64,000 nucleotides of DNA, taken from the NCBI GenBank assembly GCA_001856825.1, contig ATMD01000004.1:170568-234567 (forward strand), in the 5' to 3' direction. The notes under the pieces are model-generated. The model was not told where the DNA came from. It made no database searches and saw only the letters and a list, made by a program, of their open reading frames with translations. Below are positions 1 to 10,069 of the stretch, piece by piece. The stretch comes from Thermoplasmatales archaeon I-plasma (GTDB lineage: Archaea > Thermoplasmatota > Thermoplasmata > Thermoplasmatales > GCA-001856825). The first letter of the stretch is position 1. Each line of letters opens with the position of its first letter. The position numbers and the translations under genes were made by a program.

Positions 1-398
1 AAGACGCAATAGTGAAAGCGTTTGAAGGCAGAGCTCCTGAGGGGATGGTACTGAGGGTAGACAACGGTCCACAGTACATAGCTCGGAAGTTCAGAAGCTC
101 AATAAAACTGCTGGGAATATCCCTGGAGTACATCCAGAAGCACACTCCGGAGGACAATGGGAACATTGAGTCGTTCCACTCATCCCTAAAAACGGACTAC
201 ATCTGGCCCTACGAATTCCGGGATTACAGGGAAGCATCGGTCGCCATAGAGAATGCTTTCACTGATTACAATGAGAAGAGGCCACATTCCTCCATTGATT
301 ATCTACCTCCCAGGGAGTTCAGGAGGAAGTTCCTGAATGATTGGTCATTCAGGGAAGCTTATACCAGGAAACTCGAGGTGAAAAAGAATGAAAAGTGA
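1..398 (+). mobile_element. 3' part of a DDE transposase gene (rve/integrase-core type, IS3/IS481-like), cut by the window edge
   Basis: The frame is open from nt 3. It contains VDNGPQY and NGNIESFHSSLK (second Asp and the Glu of a DDE triad) and the tail RPHSSIDYLPPREF typical of rve transposases. The IS end downstream was not identified. Confidence 0.75.
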
Positions 399-594
399 TG
401 AAAAGTGTTACAAATTTAGGGGGAGCAGATCAAAAAAGATATACTTAAACAGGCATAAGTTAAACGTCTTATCTATTCCATCCCACCTCATTTTTAATTC
501 TTGATTCTTGTAACTTAAGTGGACCATAACGTTTTCAAATTTCCACTAAAGAAAAATTTAAGAAGAGTATTTTAATAGAAATGAAAGTGAAACA

Positions 595-807
595 TTGAAA
601 ATGGACGCAAGAGAGGCAGAGTCTATTGTTAGGGAGAAGATGAAGACAGTTTTCGGGGTTGACAATCTTGAGATTTATGAGAGGACGCTGGAGGATGGGA
701 AATGGTATCTGACCGTTGCATTCTTTCCGACTAGAGGTTCAGATTACGAGGAAATAAAACAATGTTGTGTTGACGAGAGCGGGGAAATATCCTGGAAACA
801 CGAATAG
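595..807 (+). CDS. small hypothetical protein (possibly a PepSY-like fold)
   Basis: 70-aa ORF with alternating charged and hydrophobic pattern. No diagnostic motif. Confidence 0.3.
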   Translation: MKMDAREAESIVREKMKTVFGVDNLEIYERTLEDGKWYLTVAFFPTRGSDYEEIKQCCVDESGEISWKHE

Positions 808-973
808 TCCTTTGGTCTTTAGCAACTGATGAAAACAAGAGATTGGATATTTTCAAGATTGGCCAGAAATCTTGCCACTTTATCTTCCCGGTCAACGAGA
901 AGAGACTGTATATTGAGGATATTAGACTGTATTTACTGAGGTTCCATAATGCCAGCAAAATAATGTTACTTGT

Positions 974-1405
974 TTGGTAGAATGTAGAGAATTGTACCAA
1001 ACTGGTTTTATACGGGATATCTTAAAGAATGCTATGGGAAGACCACTTGGTGTTGCATTTCTCGCTGTCATTGCTTTCCTGATAGGCTTAGCAGAGGTCC
1101 TGCGCTCCTTCCTGACATTTGCATTATTTATATTGGCCTTTCCCTTTGGGCTACACCTTCCCAGCGCGATATCATTGCCTCTTTACCTTATACTGGGGTT
1201 GATTTGGATATTCATATCCTATACATTCTGGAAGGGAATTGCCATAGGATGGGTACTGGGAATATTGATGGCAATAGTTGTGGCATTTCTTAATTTCCCT
1301 GTGGGAACCGTTCTAGGATTGTTCGTTTTCATTTACCTGGTAGTCCCGAAGGGCGTAAGGAACTGGTTCAGTAGAACAGGAAGAACGGGATTGAGTAGGG
1401 TCTGA
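974..1405 (+). CDS. hypothetical integral membrane protein
   Basis: About four hydrophobic helices (LGVAFLAVIAFLIGL, LYLILGLIWIFISYTFW, and others). Confidence 0.4.
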   Translation: MVECRELYQTGFIRDILKNAMGRPLGVAFLAVIAFLIGLAEVLRSFLTFALFILAFPFGLHLPSAISLPLYLILGLIWIFISYTFWKGIAIGWVLGILMAIVVAFLNFPVGTVLGLFVFIYLVVPKGVRNWFSRTGRTGLSRV

Positions 1406-1465
1406 TCTCCTCATTCCTGTTCCAAGACTGGTATTGAAGGTGAAGAGTCATTCACAGATCACCCC

Positions 1466-2110
1466 CTACTTTCTATGGGCAAAGAAATAGACAGCTAACC
1501 CGAAAATGATGAATAGTGGTACCAGCCATAGGTCTGAGACTGTGATCACGGCCTCTGCAAACCAGAAGACTGAAAATGAGAGAAGAAGGGCTGCAACAAC
1601 AACTTTCATCTTCGCCTGCTTTATTTTCCTGACCTGGGACTTCAGGATTACCGTTCCCAAGACCACCACCAAAAGCCCCAGCGTCATACCGTATAGAGTG
1701 GAATAGAAATTGTTAGGGATTAGGGCAATCAGGACAATGGCTGCCTCGAAGGCCTCTACAAGTCCAACAGAGAAGGCAGTGTAGAACACCCCTTTCTCGA
1801 TACCCTCATCCTTATATGGAACAGAACTCCTCGATCTTAAAACTGCTCTCCTAGCGCTTCTCGTTAGCCTCAGGCCAAAGTACAGGAGCAGGACTCCTGC
1901 AACTATCCTTATATACACAATGGGAAGACGTGCCATCTGTTGACCAACTGCAAATGCGATAACGAATACAATTAGAACACCAAGGGCAACGTAAAGAAAG
2001 ACCTTGTTACCACCCTCTGAGGATATTGCCAAGCCCACGGCAGACGCCTCTGAAATTTCCAGAAGGGTGATTCCCATTGCAGCCAGGAATATAGCCGGAT
2101 CAACAAACAT
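1466..2110 (-). CDS. integral membrane protein with an internal two-fold repeat; function unknown
   Basis: Six predicted TM helices. Acidic intramembrane motifs are repeated (LLEISEASAV and LVEAFEAAIV). Confidence 0.5.
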   Translation of the reverse strand: MFVDPAIFLAAMGITLLEISEASAVGLAISSEGGNKVFLYVALGVLIVFVIAFAVGQQMARLPIVYIRIVAGVLLLYFGLRLTRSARRAVLRSRSSVPYKDEGIEKGVFYTAFSVGLVEAFEAAIVLIALIPNNFYSTLYGMTLGLLVVVLGTVILKSQVRKIKQAKMKVVVAALLLSFSVFWFAEAVITVSDLWLVPLFIIFGLAVYFFAHRK

Positions 2111-2166
2111 CTCAGTTAATTTTCACTTGATATTTATCCTTTTATTGCAGTATTAATTCCCGATGA

Positions 2167-3024
2167 GTGAACAGAGCCAGCAGCGGTTTCGGCTACGTTG
2201 AACTTGTTTCCACGTCCATAATCTGGGGTGTTACTTACGTACTGCTGAAATACGCCCTTTCATATCTGGACCCCCAGCAGATAGCATTCTCACGATTTCT
2301 GGTGTCATCTGTCTTCTTCATTCCTTTGATCTTTGTCATAAGGGAAAGATATTCCAGAACGGAGATAGTGACGCTCTTAATTCTAGCCCTGACTGGTGTT
2401 CTGCTTTACCAGCTTCTCTTCATATGGGGAGAAAGCGGCCTTACTGCTGGGAATGCGAGTTTTATAGTCAGCCTGGAACCAATTTTCATTGCTATCCTTG
2501 GAGTCATGATCAAGGAAGACAAGCTCACTCCGAGACGTTTGACAGGACTAATCGTCGCAACCATCGGGCTTATAGTTCTCCTAAGGCCCACAAGCATCAC
2601 TGGGGATGAGCTGTTGTCTGCTGTTCTTGTCCTTCTAAGTGCACTTTCATGGGGAATTTTTACTGTAGCAGGGAAGGGTCTCCTGTCTAAACACAATCCC
2701 ATGAACGTGACGGGCTTCGTGTCCGTATTTGGTGCCATAATGCTCTTTCCTTTTGCTTTTTCCGGACTCCAAGGCCTGTTTTCTATCAGGAATCCTTACC
2801 TAATCTTGTCCTTGCTATTCATGGGATTTTTTGCGACCTTCCTTGGGTATTATCTCTGGTTCGATGGACTGAAGAAGGTCAGTCCAATTAGGGCAGGAAC
2901 GACACTATACATAACCCCGTTTGTCACAGTGATCACGGCATCCTACATAATATCAGAACCGATAGAATTCATTACGCTACTAGGTGGTGCCCTCATAATC
3001 ATTGGTCTGATAATTGGTGGGTAG
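2167..3024 (+). CDS. EamA/DMT-superfamily transporter
   Basis: About 10 TM helices in two 5-TM halves, with the length and pattern typical of EamA proteins. Confidence 0.8.
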   Translation: MNRASSGFGYVELVSTSIIWGVTYVLLKYALSYLDPQQIAFSRFLVSSVFFIPLIFVIRERYSRTEIVTLLILALTGVLLYQLLFIWGESGLTAGNASFIVSLEPIFIAILGVMIKEDKLTPRRLTGLIVATIGLIVLLRPTSITGDELLSAVLVLLSALSWGIFTVAGKGLLSKHNPMNVTGFVSVFGAIMLFPFAFSGLQGLFSIRNPYLILSLLFMGFFATFLGYYLWFDGLKKVSPIRAGTTLYITPFVTVITASYIISEPIEFITLLGGALIIIGLIIGG

Positions 3025-3043
3025 TAAAGTGTAGCGTTGATGA

Positions 3044-4069
3044 TCACGGGGTCTTGAGCCCGTTCCCTGTGAGAACGAGAATGTTTTCTCCGCCGTAATG
3101 CTTCTTCTTATACGCCGCCCAGACGGTAGCAGAGCTGTATTCCACGTACATTCCCTTTAGGGCCAGTTCAGATCTTGCTAGAATTATATCATCTTCATTT
3201 ACGGTAACGCACTTCCCGTATTTTTTCAGTTTACCTACCATAATTTCCATAAGAATAGGTTCTTTGGAGGCGAGTGCATCTGCTGATGAGTACTTTGAGT
3301 TATTCTTGTCATATGTAACGCCGTTAACTGCAGAGCACACTGGATTTACTGCATCCGTCTGTACACCTACAATCTCTGGGACAAAGTCAATTTCCCCAGA
3401 CTCGAGGAGATGCTCAAACCCTGCGACCATTCCAAGTAGAAGGGTCCCTGCCGATACCGGCACAAATACTCGATCCGGACTCCTGTGATCGAGTTGCCTG
3501 AATATTTCATAACTTAGTTGTCTCATTCCATCCCTGAACTCTGGATTCAGTACGTGACTCGCATAGTAACCTGGATGCGTTGCTGCTGCGTCAGCCACGT
3601 CTTTTCTCGAGCCTTTTACAAGATGAATATCTGCTCCGTATGCCTTTATCTGGTTTATCTTCCCCGGCTTCGTGTTTTCGGGTACGAATATGTTCACCTT
3701 GAAACCGGAGGAAGTTCCATAGGCGCTTATTGAGGCCCCGGCATTGCCAGACGAGTCTTCATTTATCTCTAAACCTTTTGGGAGCATTGATGCAAGGCTT
3801 GAGATCAATGCCTTACTTCCCCTATCTTTGTAAGAGAAAGTGGGCATGAAATAATCCAGCTTGAATTTGGCTGAGCCAGCATCCAAAAGCGGAGTATTCT
3901 GCTCTCCCAGGCTCACTACTCTCTCAAGGTATGGATAGTTAACTGGGTATGGACCTTCCCGATACCTGAAGTCTATCTTTGGCACTAAAACTCCACCACA
4001 CTCACAGTTTGGCTCGCTACTAAACCTTGTTCTTTCTTTCCCGCAGACTGAACAGACTGCTCTTAGCAT
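3044..4069 (-). CDS. thrC: threonine synthase-like PLP-dependent enzyme
   Basis: N-terminal Cys4 ribbon (CSVCGK..CECGG), PLP-lysine motif FSYKDRGS, and SSGNAGASISAYG. Confidence 0.7.
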   Translation of the reverse strand: MLRAVCSVCGKERTRFSSEPNCECGGVLVPKIDFRYREGPYPVNYPYLERVVSLGEQNTPLLDAGSAKFKLDYFMPTFSYKDRGSKALISSLASMLPKGLEINEDSSGNAGASISAYGTSSGFKVNIFVPENTKPGKINQIKAYGADIHLVKGSRKDVADAAATHPGYYASHVLNPEFRDGMRQLSYEIFRQLDHRSPDRVFVPVSAGTLLLGMVAGFEHLLESGEIDFVPEIVGVQTDAVNPVCSAVNGVTYDKNNSKYSSADALASKEPILMEIMVGKLKKYGKCVTVNEDDIILARSELALKGMYVEYSSATVWAAYKKKHYGGENILVLTGNGLKTP

Positions 4070-4221
4070 ATTCTCCTAGTTATCATGTCTTGAATTAAAA
4101 CACTACTTATTTCCTGACGGTTAGCTTATTTAGCATTTTTAGAAGTGCATAGATCTTGAGGAAAAGAATAACTCTTTGCCAAACACAAAATGCCTTTATT
4201 TCTGATATCACTCCGTGAATA

Positions 4222-4734
4222 ATGATAGTCACACAGACTGAGGATTTTCCAACCACATTTTACGCTCTTGTAGAGATTTCGATGGGAAGCAACTGCAAGT
4301 ATGAATACAATGAAAAGCTGGAAAGCATAATACTCGACAGGGTCCTATTTACTCCCATGAAGTATCCTGCAAACTACGGCATGATCTTAAAGACTCAAGG
4401 CAAGGATGGAGATCCACTTGATGTACTCCTGATCTCTTCGGCAGCTATCCAGCCGGGAATTCTGGTGAAGTGCCGTGCTGTAGGGCTTGCAGAAATGAGG
4501 GATGAGGAAGGAATTGATGATAAAGTTATAGCAGTACCCGTGGATGAGGTTGATCCAAATTCTGAAACTATAAGGGATATTGACGATATTCCGCAGTTCC
4601 AAAAGAATATTTTCAAGCATTTCTTTGAGCATTATAAGGAACTCGAGAGCGAGAAATTCATGAAGTTTATTGGTTTCAAAGGAAAGAAGGTTGCAACGGA
4701 TCTAATTTTGAGTTCCTACAAGGAATCCGATTAA
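4222..4734 (+). CDS. ppa: family I inorganic pyrophosphatase
   Basis: NCKYEYN, YPANYGMI and GDPLDVLLIS motifs. 170 aa. Confidence 0.9.
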   Translation: MIVTQTEDFPTTFYALVEISMGSNCKYEYNEKLESIILDRVLFTPMKYPANYGMILKTQGKDGDPLDVLLISSAAIQPGILVKCRAVGLAEMRDEEGIDDKVIAVPVDEVDPNSETIRDIDDIPQFQKNIFKHFFEHYKELESEKFMKFIGFKGKKVATDLILSSYKESD

Positions 4735-4751
4735 TATAATATTTCAAATCA

Positions 4752-5726
4752 GTGAAAATCAAGAACGCTTACAGGAATCCAACTATCAAGAATAAGAGAG
4801 TTCCTAGCAAAAAGGAGCTGCCTAAGATAATAATAGCGTCCACGTTAAGAGGGAGGCCCTCAGTCTCGTTGATAGCCTTCCTAGGTTTGAGGATAGAGAT
4901 GGTAGGGAATTTCAAAGGTAATGACGGACTGGTGATTTCTGACTTGCCTGAAATGAGGATATCTAACGAAAGATAGAATTTGAGAAAGTTCCGACAATCA
5001 TTAAAGTCAGGTCCACACTGAGCAAGGCACGAATACATCACGTTCTTGTCAAAAGGGGGCACAACATACCTCAAAGAGTATCTTGAATCCAGGATGGCTA
5101 ACGGTGAGAAGTTAACGGACAGTTCCCCACTGATCGCACTCGAGGGACCTGAGAACCTAGTCCACGAAAGAATGAGAACTCAGCTAGTATCCAGGGAGAT
5201 AAGAAAGGCAATCAGGAAATCGAATTTCCAATGGAGACCATACGTATTGAGGGCATACTTCTCAAGTGCCCTGGATGTATGCGAAAATAAGGGCCTGGTA
5301 TCTCACAACTGGAGGGAATACTGGACATGACACAAGGGAGACATTTCTGCCAGGTATTCAACAAACAAGAAACTAAAGCCTGACAAGATTGAGGAAATGA
5401 GGTCCACTTATCTGAAGTGCGTTCCGTATATAGAGACTGAAAAGAGGGAGATAAGCGAAGAAGAAAAGGAGAAGTGGAAAGTAGAGTTCAAGAGGGAATA
5501 TCTGAAGCTATTCTTTGACGATAAGGAGATAGATGATAACAAGCTGCTTGAACTACCCACTGAGGAAATGCAAAGAAAGATCAAGGAGAAGATGGGCATG
5601 TCACTGAATAACGGCCATTCCCGGAAGGTGATCCCACTGAAAGAGGTAAGGGAATATATAGAAAAAGGATGGGAATTTGTCCAGGGTATAAGCTCTAAAG
5701 AAGCTATCGTGAGGATCCCAAAGTGA
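4752..5726 (+). pseudogene. decayed tyrosine recombinase/integrase (catalytic domain only; two frameshifts and one in-frame TGA)
   Basis: Pieces in different frames read as ..LGLRIE.. / FEKVPTIIKVRSTLSKAR / SKGGTTYLKEYLESR..RPYVLRAYFSS..W*HKGDISARYS. The TGA is at 5328-5330. The N-terminal domain is absent and the remnant starts 17 nt after ppa. Confidence 0.75.
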
Positions 5727-5987
5727 GGTATTACTAATGAATGAAAAGTGTCTTCACAATCATGCTTTCAGAAATGGACAGCTCAAGAGGTATAATCTAT
5801 CCTGATACTGCTCAATCTCCTAATTCCAGAATAGAATGTTTGTGCCCCATTCCTGCTACAATTGAGCTTCAAGACGACATTTGACTTACTTGACCAAATT
5901 CAAACTTTTCTACCTTAAGGTCTGGACACAAACAATAATCCTGCGAAATTTGACTTTAGCAAATTTAATTATCCCATAATCAATTGA

Positions 5988-6809
5988 ATGGACATGGATA
6001 TTACCCTGATAGCAGTTGGACTTTCTGCACTTGTCTCAGGGATAATATCAGTGATGGTATTTTTGTATTCTCAAACCTATGTGACGGACAAATACCGTCG
6101 AAAGATTATAAAGGTTATATTTAGAAAAATAGCAATAAAATTGAGAACAGAAAACTCCAATAATCTATACGATACATTAGAGTGGGTATTCCTGGTAAAG
6201 TATTTCCACAAATTTGCCTACTTCTTCGGAGCTTTAGGGATCATTTCTCTTCTATCACTAAGAGACAAAGCTTTTGTTAGTGTGAATACCTTTTCAGTTA
6301 TAGAACTCATTTATGTTGTCGCTTTTATCTTTATTTTTCTATTTATGGGCGTATTTTCTTTGGTTAGAGTGAAGAAACAATCTGAAATGACTTATAAAAG
6401 GTATATTCTAAGAAATTCGCTGTCTTTCTACCCATCTGACTGGACAAGTGGATGGCTCCTATTTGTTCTTTTTACAGCCTCAATCTACTTTATAAATTTT
6501 AAAACATTGGAGTCATATTCAGAAATTATTCTTGCAAGTTCGGTTTCTTTTTCAACTTTATTCTTGTTCGTAGGTTGGGGGTATACTTTGCTCCCAATGG
6601 GAAAATACGTAGAAAAAAATTGGGATTTAGAGGCTAGATTATTTAGAGATGCAGCGTCTCTGGTGAATATCAAAATTCACACAGCGAATGACGTTGCTGC
6701 CGGAAGGATAACTGGAATCATGGATGAACTTGTGTTAACGACCAACGAACCCCAAAATAGTACTATATATGTGCCATGGGAAAACGTACTTTTCTTTGAA
6801 ATCGTCTAA
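5988..6809 (+). CDS. hypothetical membrane protein with a small soluble C-terminal domain
   Basis: Several TM helices and AT-rich codon usage. No recognisable motif. Confidence 0.45.
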   Translation: MDMDITLIAVGLSALVSGIISVMVFLYSQTYVTDKYRRKIIKVIFRKIAIKLRTENSNNLYDTLEWVFLVKYFHKFAYFFGALGIISLLSLRDKAFVSVNTFSVIELIYVVAFIFIFLFMGVFSLVRVKKQSEMTYKRYILRNSLSFYPSDWTSGWLLFVLFTASIYFINFKTLESYSEIILASSVSFSTLFLFVGWGYTLLPMGKYVEKNWDLEARLFRDAASLVNIKIHTANDVAAGRITGIMDELVLTTNEPQNSTIYVPWENVLFFEIV

Positions 6810-6972
6810 TTTACTATGGAAAGACGCAGGCTTTAGGCAATATCGAGACTTTCGTTGCAATTAGGATAAATACAATAAATTCTTGCTTCATTTTAAATGT
6901 TGACATAATTATGTTCCTATTGCAAGGACTGTACTACAAAGTCATACATATGCAGAAGTATTACTGCATTTC

Positions 6973-7380
6973 GTGGATATCCCTATCATCGGAATCATAC
7001 CATTCTGGATAAGCTTCGTCTACTATTACATTGCAGCAGCCGTCATCACCACATTCGGTGGAAGCGTTTTCACCTATTCCAGGAATAAGGCAGGGAGGAT
7101 TGCTTGGAGCAGGAGGAGGCAACCGTTGTGGAGAATTGTCATCGGTTATTTCCTTAGCACAGTGATACTTACCGTCATTTCATACCTCCTCTATCCAACA
7201 GTCATCCCCTTCCTCTACATGAATTTGAAATACACACCCTCCATGGCAGTACTCACCTCCACTGCCTACTTCTACTGGATACTCTGGGGATTCGGTAGAA
7301 GGATATCGAGGAATGTAGAGTGGATAGCAGGTCCAGTCATACTCTCTGCGATTGCTTGGTATATTGCAAATACATACTGA
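6973..7380 (+). CDS. hypothetical membrane protein
   Basis: Four hydrophobic helices. GTG start. Confidence 0.4.
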   Translation: MDIPIIGIIPFWISFVYYYIAAAVITTFGGSVFTYSRNKAGRIAWSRRRQPLWRIVIGYFLSTVILTVISYLLYPTVIPFLYMNLKYTPSMAVLTSTAYFYWILWGFGRRISRNVEWIAGPVILSAIAWYIANTY

Positions 7381-7584
7381 CTCCCTTCATATCCCGTGGG
7401 ATGGACATGTTTGCTTATATGTTCCCCCTCGAAGATTTCAGTGTCCGGAAAGGAAATCTTTTCTAGACAGGAGAGAGCTGTTTCGAAGGGTTATGTACTG
7501 ATATATATCACAAATGATAGGGGATCAAAAGATAAGGAATTCACATCCAAAATTTTTAAAGAATAAAAAATAAAGAAAATTAGT

Positions 7585-8056
7585 TTATGGTAGTGTTGTT
7601 GTTGCTGAGCCAGTGTAGCCGGTGCACGTAATCGTTATTATGTACTCTGACCAACCTGTAACCCCATTAATATAGAGAGGGTAATCGTGGCCCCGGATTG
7701 AATAACAGATGTACTTCCATCAGGGTTAACTATATAGCCAGTACCGCTTGTAGGAGATGCCGGAACTGCGGTTACGACGCTGACAGTGGCTAGCATCACG
7801 GTACCTCCCGGAGCAGTGTATGTCAAAGAAAACCCGCTGGGTTGCTCATTGATGCCGGGGTTGTGTAAGTAAGGCTTAATACAGCCTCATTTGAAGTCTC
7901 AGATTGTTCTGTAATTGTGGCAGCTAGTGGTGTTGATGCTCCTGTCGTTTAGTGGCTCTCCAGTATGTATACCGTTGCTGCAAGCACCACCGTTATCGCA
8001 ACCATTATAATGGTAGCTATATAAATTTGTAGTCCATAATTGAAAGGATGGCACAA
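7585..8056 (-). pseudogene. decayed archaeal type IV pilin-like gene (class III signal peptide type)
   Basis: Read from TTG at 8056: ..FNYGLQIYIATIIMVAITVVLAATVYILESH, then TAA, then the frame continues (TTGASTPLAATITEQ..SLTYTTPAS). It shifts into track ORF 7638..7826 (SLTYTAPGG..) and shifts again to ..VTGWSEYIITITCTGYTGSATTTLP*. Confidence 0.4.
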
Positions 8057-8066
8057 GTAAAAACTC

Positions 8067-8771
8067 TCATTTTAATGGAAACTTAGAGTTATTAATGAAT
8101 AAGTCAATAAAAAACACGAAAGAGAAGATTTCGTCGTTTTCCTCTGATATCCTTTTAAAAGAGGGTCTTATTTTTCTATTTATGTCATGTACGTAACTAT
8201 GCCGTTGTAGTATTATTTTTTTAATTTTAGGATAGAAGTCTTGCGGTAAATAAAAGTCTTCCGTTCCTCTTTTGGCATAAGGAATCACTTTCACTACGCC
8301 GGACTCGCTTATTCGTACGGCATTATTCTTGATTACTTCAAAGAAACTTATCTTTAATGCCCGAGAAAATGCCTTTTCGATATCATCTAAATCCAGAAAA
8401 TTGTACTTTTGCAGAATTGAATAGTTCATTAACTGCTTTATTGTAAATGTTTTCGATCTCCTGTCCAAAAGGTCCTTAAAACTGATAACATCGTCTTGAT
8501 CGACTATATTACTTAATTTCCTCCTCCGAGTAACCAAGTCTAAAAGCATATCCTTAAAATAAACTTCAAATCCGGTCACCATACGTATGGTAGCCGCCTT
8601 TCTAATCCAGATTCTCAGACCGTCCTCTTTGAAGCTCTTTTCTGAACGACTCAGAACATCATCAATACGGATCGATTCCTCGATGAATGTTTGAAGAGGG
8701 ATTCCGAACCTGGAATTCTTGCTTCTTACCTGCTCTATTGCCTTATCTAAATCAAAATGTGATTTGGGCAT
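8067..8771 (-). CDS. hypothetical protein with a C-terminal Rx4H motif (possible HEPN-type protein)
   Basis: Helical 234-aa protein containing KIILQRHSYVHDINRK. AT-rich. The motif is the only evidence. Confidence 0.4.
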   Translation of the reverse strand: MPKSHFDLDKAIEQVRSKNSRFGIPLQTFIEESIRIDDVLSRSEKSFKEDGLRIWIRKAATIRMVTGFEVYFKDMLLDLVTRRRKLSNIVDQDDVISFKDLLDRRSKTFTIKQLMNYSILQKYNFLDLDDIEKAFSRALKISFFEVIKNNAVRISESGVVKVIPYAKRGTEDFYLPQDFYPKIKKIILQRHSYVHDINRKIRPSFKRISEENDEIFSFVFFIDLFINNSKFPLK

Positions 8772-9025
8772 AAACTAACCTTCGTATCTGAATTTGTGAC
8801 CGGTAACTAGAGAAATTGCCCAACCATTGATCACTTTGTGAACTACTCTTTTCTTTATTATGGGATCATATGCTGTTATATATTTCTCTTTAGACCGTCT
8901 TTTTACCACATGTAAGTATTTCAAACAACTATTCAAATTCTTATAATTCGGATGCCTTCGCGAAATGTTTCTTTAATCTGTAGCTATTTTGTTACGGCAG
9001 CTATTCTTAGATTCTCCTTGAGGGG

Positions 9026-9292
9026 TTACGGTTTCTTTATGCTCCCGAAGTAAGTGCCGGCGATTTCTACGAAACGTGTGTCAACACCTTTAATGAACGA
9101 GCTATATGGCCTTATGTAATCACACTGCAACTGGTTATAGTTAGATATACCAAACGACCCGTGGCATATCGGGCATTCATAAAGGAACTCTGGACGTCTA
9201 ACGTGTAATCCCCAATAAGCACCTTTCCACTCTTCTGGAAAGTTTCTGGGCCATTCGTCGCAATTGGGTATAGATTTCGGAATATCAGTCAT
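9026..9292 (-). CDS. small Cys-containing protein, possibly a degenerate or truncated HNH-like finger
   Basis: ECPICHGSF..(12 aa)..LQCDYIRPYS resembles CxxC...DH(I/V)xP of HNH nucleases, but with Tyr in place of His and no second half. Confidence 0.3.
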   Translation of the reverse strand: MTDIPKSIPNCDEWPRNFPEEWKGAYWGLHVRRPEFLYECPICHGSFGISNYNQLQCDYIRPYSSFIKGVDTRFVEIAGTYFGSIKKP

Positions 9293-9646
9293 TGCATTAT
9301 TTTGTTTATAATTGAGAAGTATGCTTTAATTTGTTCTATTTGCCCTTTGGTGCCTGTCCATTTTCCCTTTGATAGTGGTAAAGCAATACCCATAGTATTA
9401 GAAGTTTCCGTGGGTCGATACAACAAACCTTGATAGAAGTAGGAGTAAGGTTCAAAGAGGGTATGGTAAGCAGCTTCATAGAAGAATAGCCTAGTTTACC
9501 TTAATCAGCAAGGCTAGTCTGGGGGTAGAATTCCCGGTTACTTGGGTCAAGCTACCGCAAAGCTTAAGAACAGCAAAGAGTAAATCCTGGAATCGTATAA
9601 GGCTTGATGGAAGACAGTAGTCTAGCTTCATTATCATTTCACCCTC

Positions 9647-10069
9647 GTGAATTTGCTAGGAGGGCGTTCCTTCTTGCCTGACAACCTGACCTTGGAGAAG
9701 CGCAGCAAGGTCATGGCAAGCATAAGGGGGAAGGATACCAAGCCGGAACTCTTGTTATGGGACCTGCTTGATCATAGGAGATTCAGGAGATACCCGAGGA
9801 TCCACGGGAACCCTGACATAGGGAACAAGTCAATGAAGATCGCGATATTTGTTGACGGGTGCTTCTGGCATGGGTGCCCCAACTGCTACAAGCCTCCTAC
9901 CACTAGGCCCGAGTACTGGTCTATGAAACTTGAAAGGAACATCGCTCACGACAATAAGGTGAGCATGGAACTCAAGGACGATGGTTATACTGTCCTCAGG
10001 TTCTGGGAGCATGAAGTCATTACAGACCCCTCGGGCTGTCTCCGCAAGATAGTGGAGGTGCTTCAATGA
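9647..10069 (+). CDS. vsr: very-short-patch repair endonuclease
   Basis: RSKVMASIRGKDTKPE, IFVDGCFWHGCP and LRFWEHEV. 4-nt ATGA overlap with dcm. Confidence 0.9.
   Translation: MNLLGGRSFLPDNLTLEKRSKVMASIRGKDTKPELLLWDLLDHRRFRRYPRIHGNPDIGNKSMKIAIFVDGCFWHGCPNCYKPPTTRPEYWSMKLERNIAHDNKVSMELKDDGYTVLRFWEHEVITDPSGCLRKIVEVLQ

Noticed and set aside
4700-6000. Search for a direct repeat of the tRNA-Arg or tRNA-Gly 3' half that would define attL/attR of the island
   Set aside because: No match of convincing length was seen by eye. The shared ATGAAAAGTGT between about 385 and about 5740 is too short to be meaningful.
9293-9646. 354-bp spacer upstream of vsr, examined for a controller (C-protein) gene or a structured RNA
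   Set aside because: It contains only ORFs under 50 codons without an HTH pattern. There is one weak 6-bp hairpin (TAGCCT..AGGCTA).
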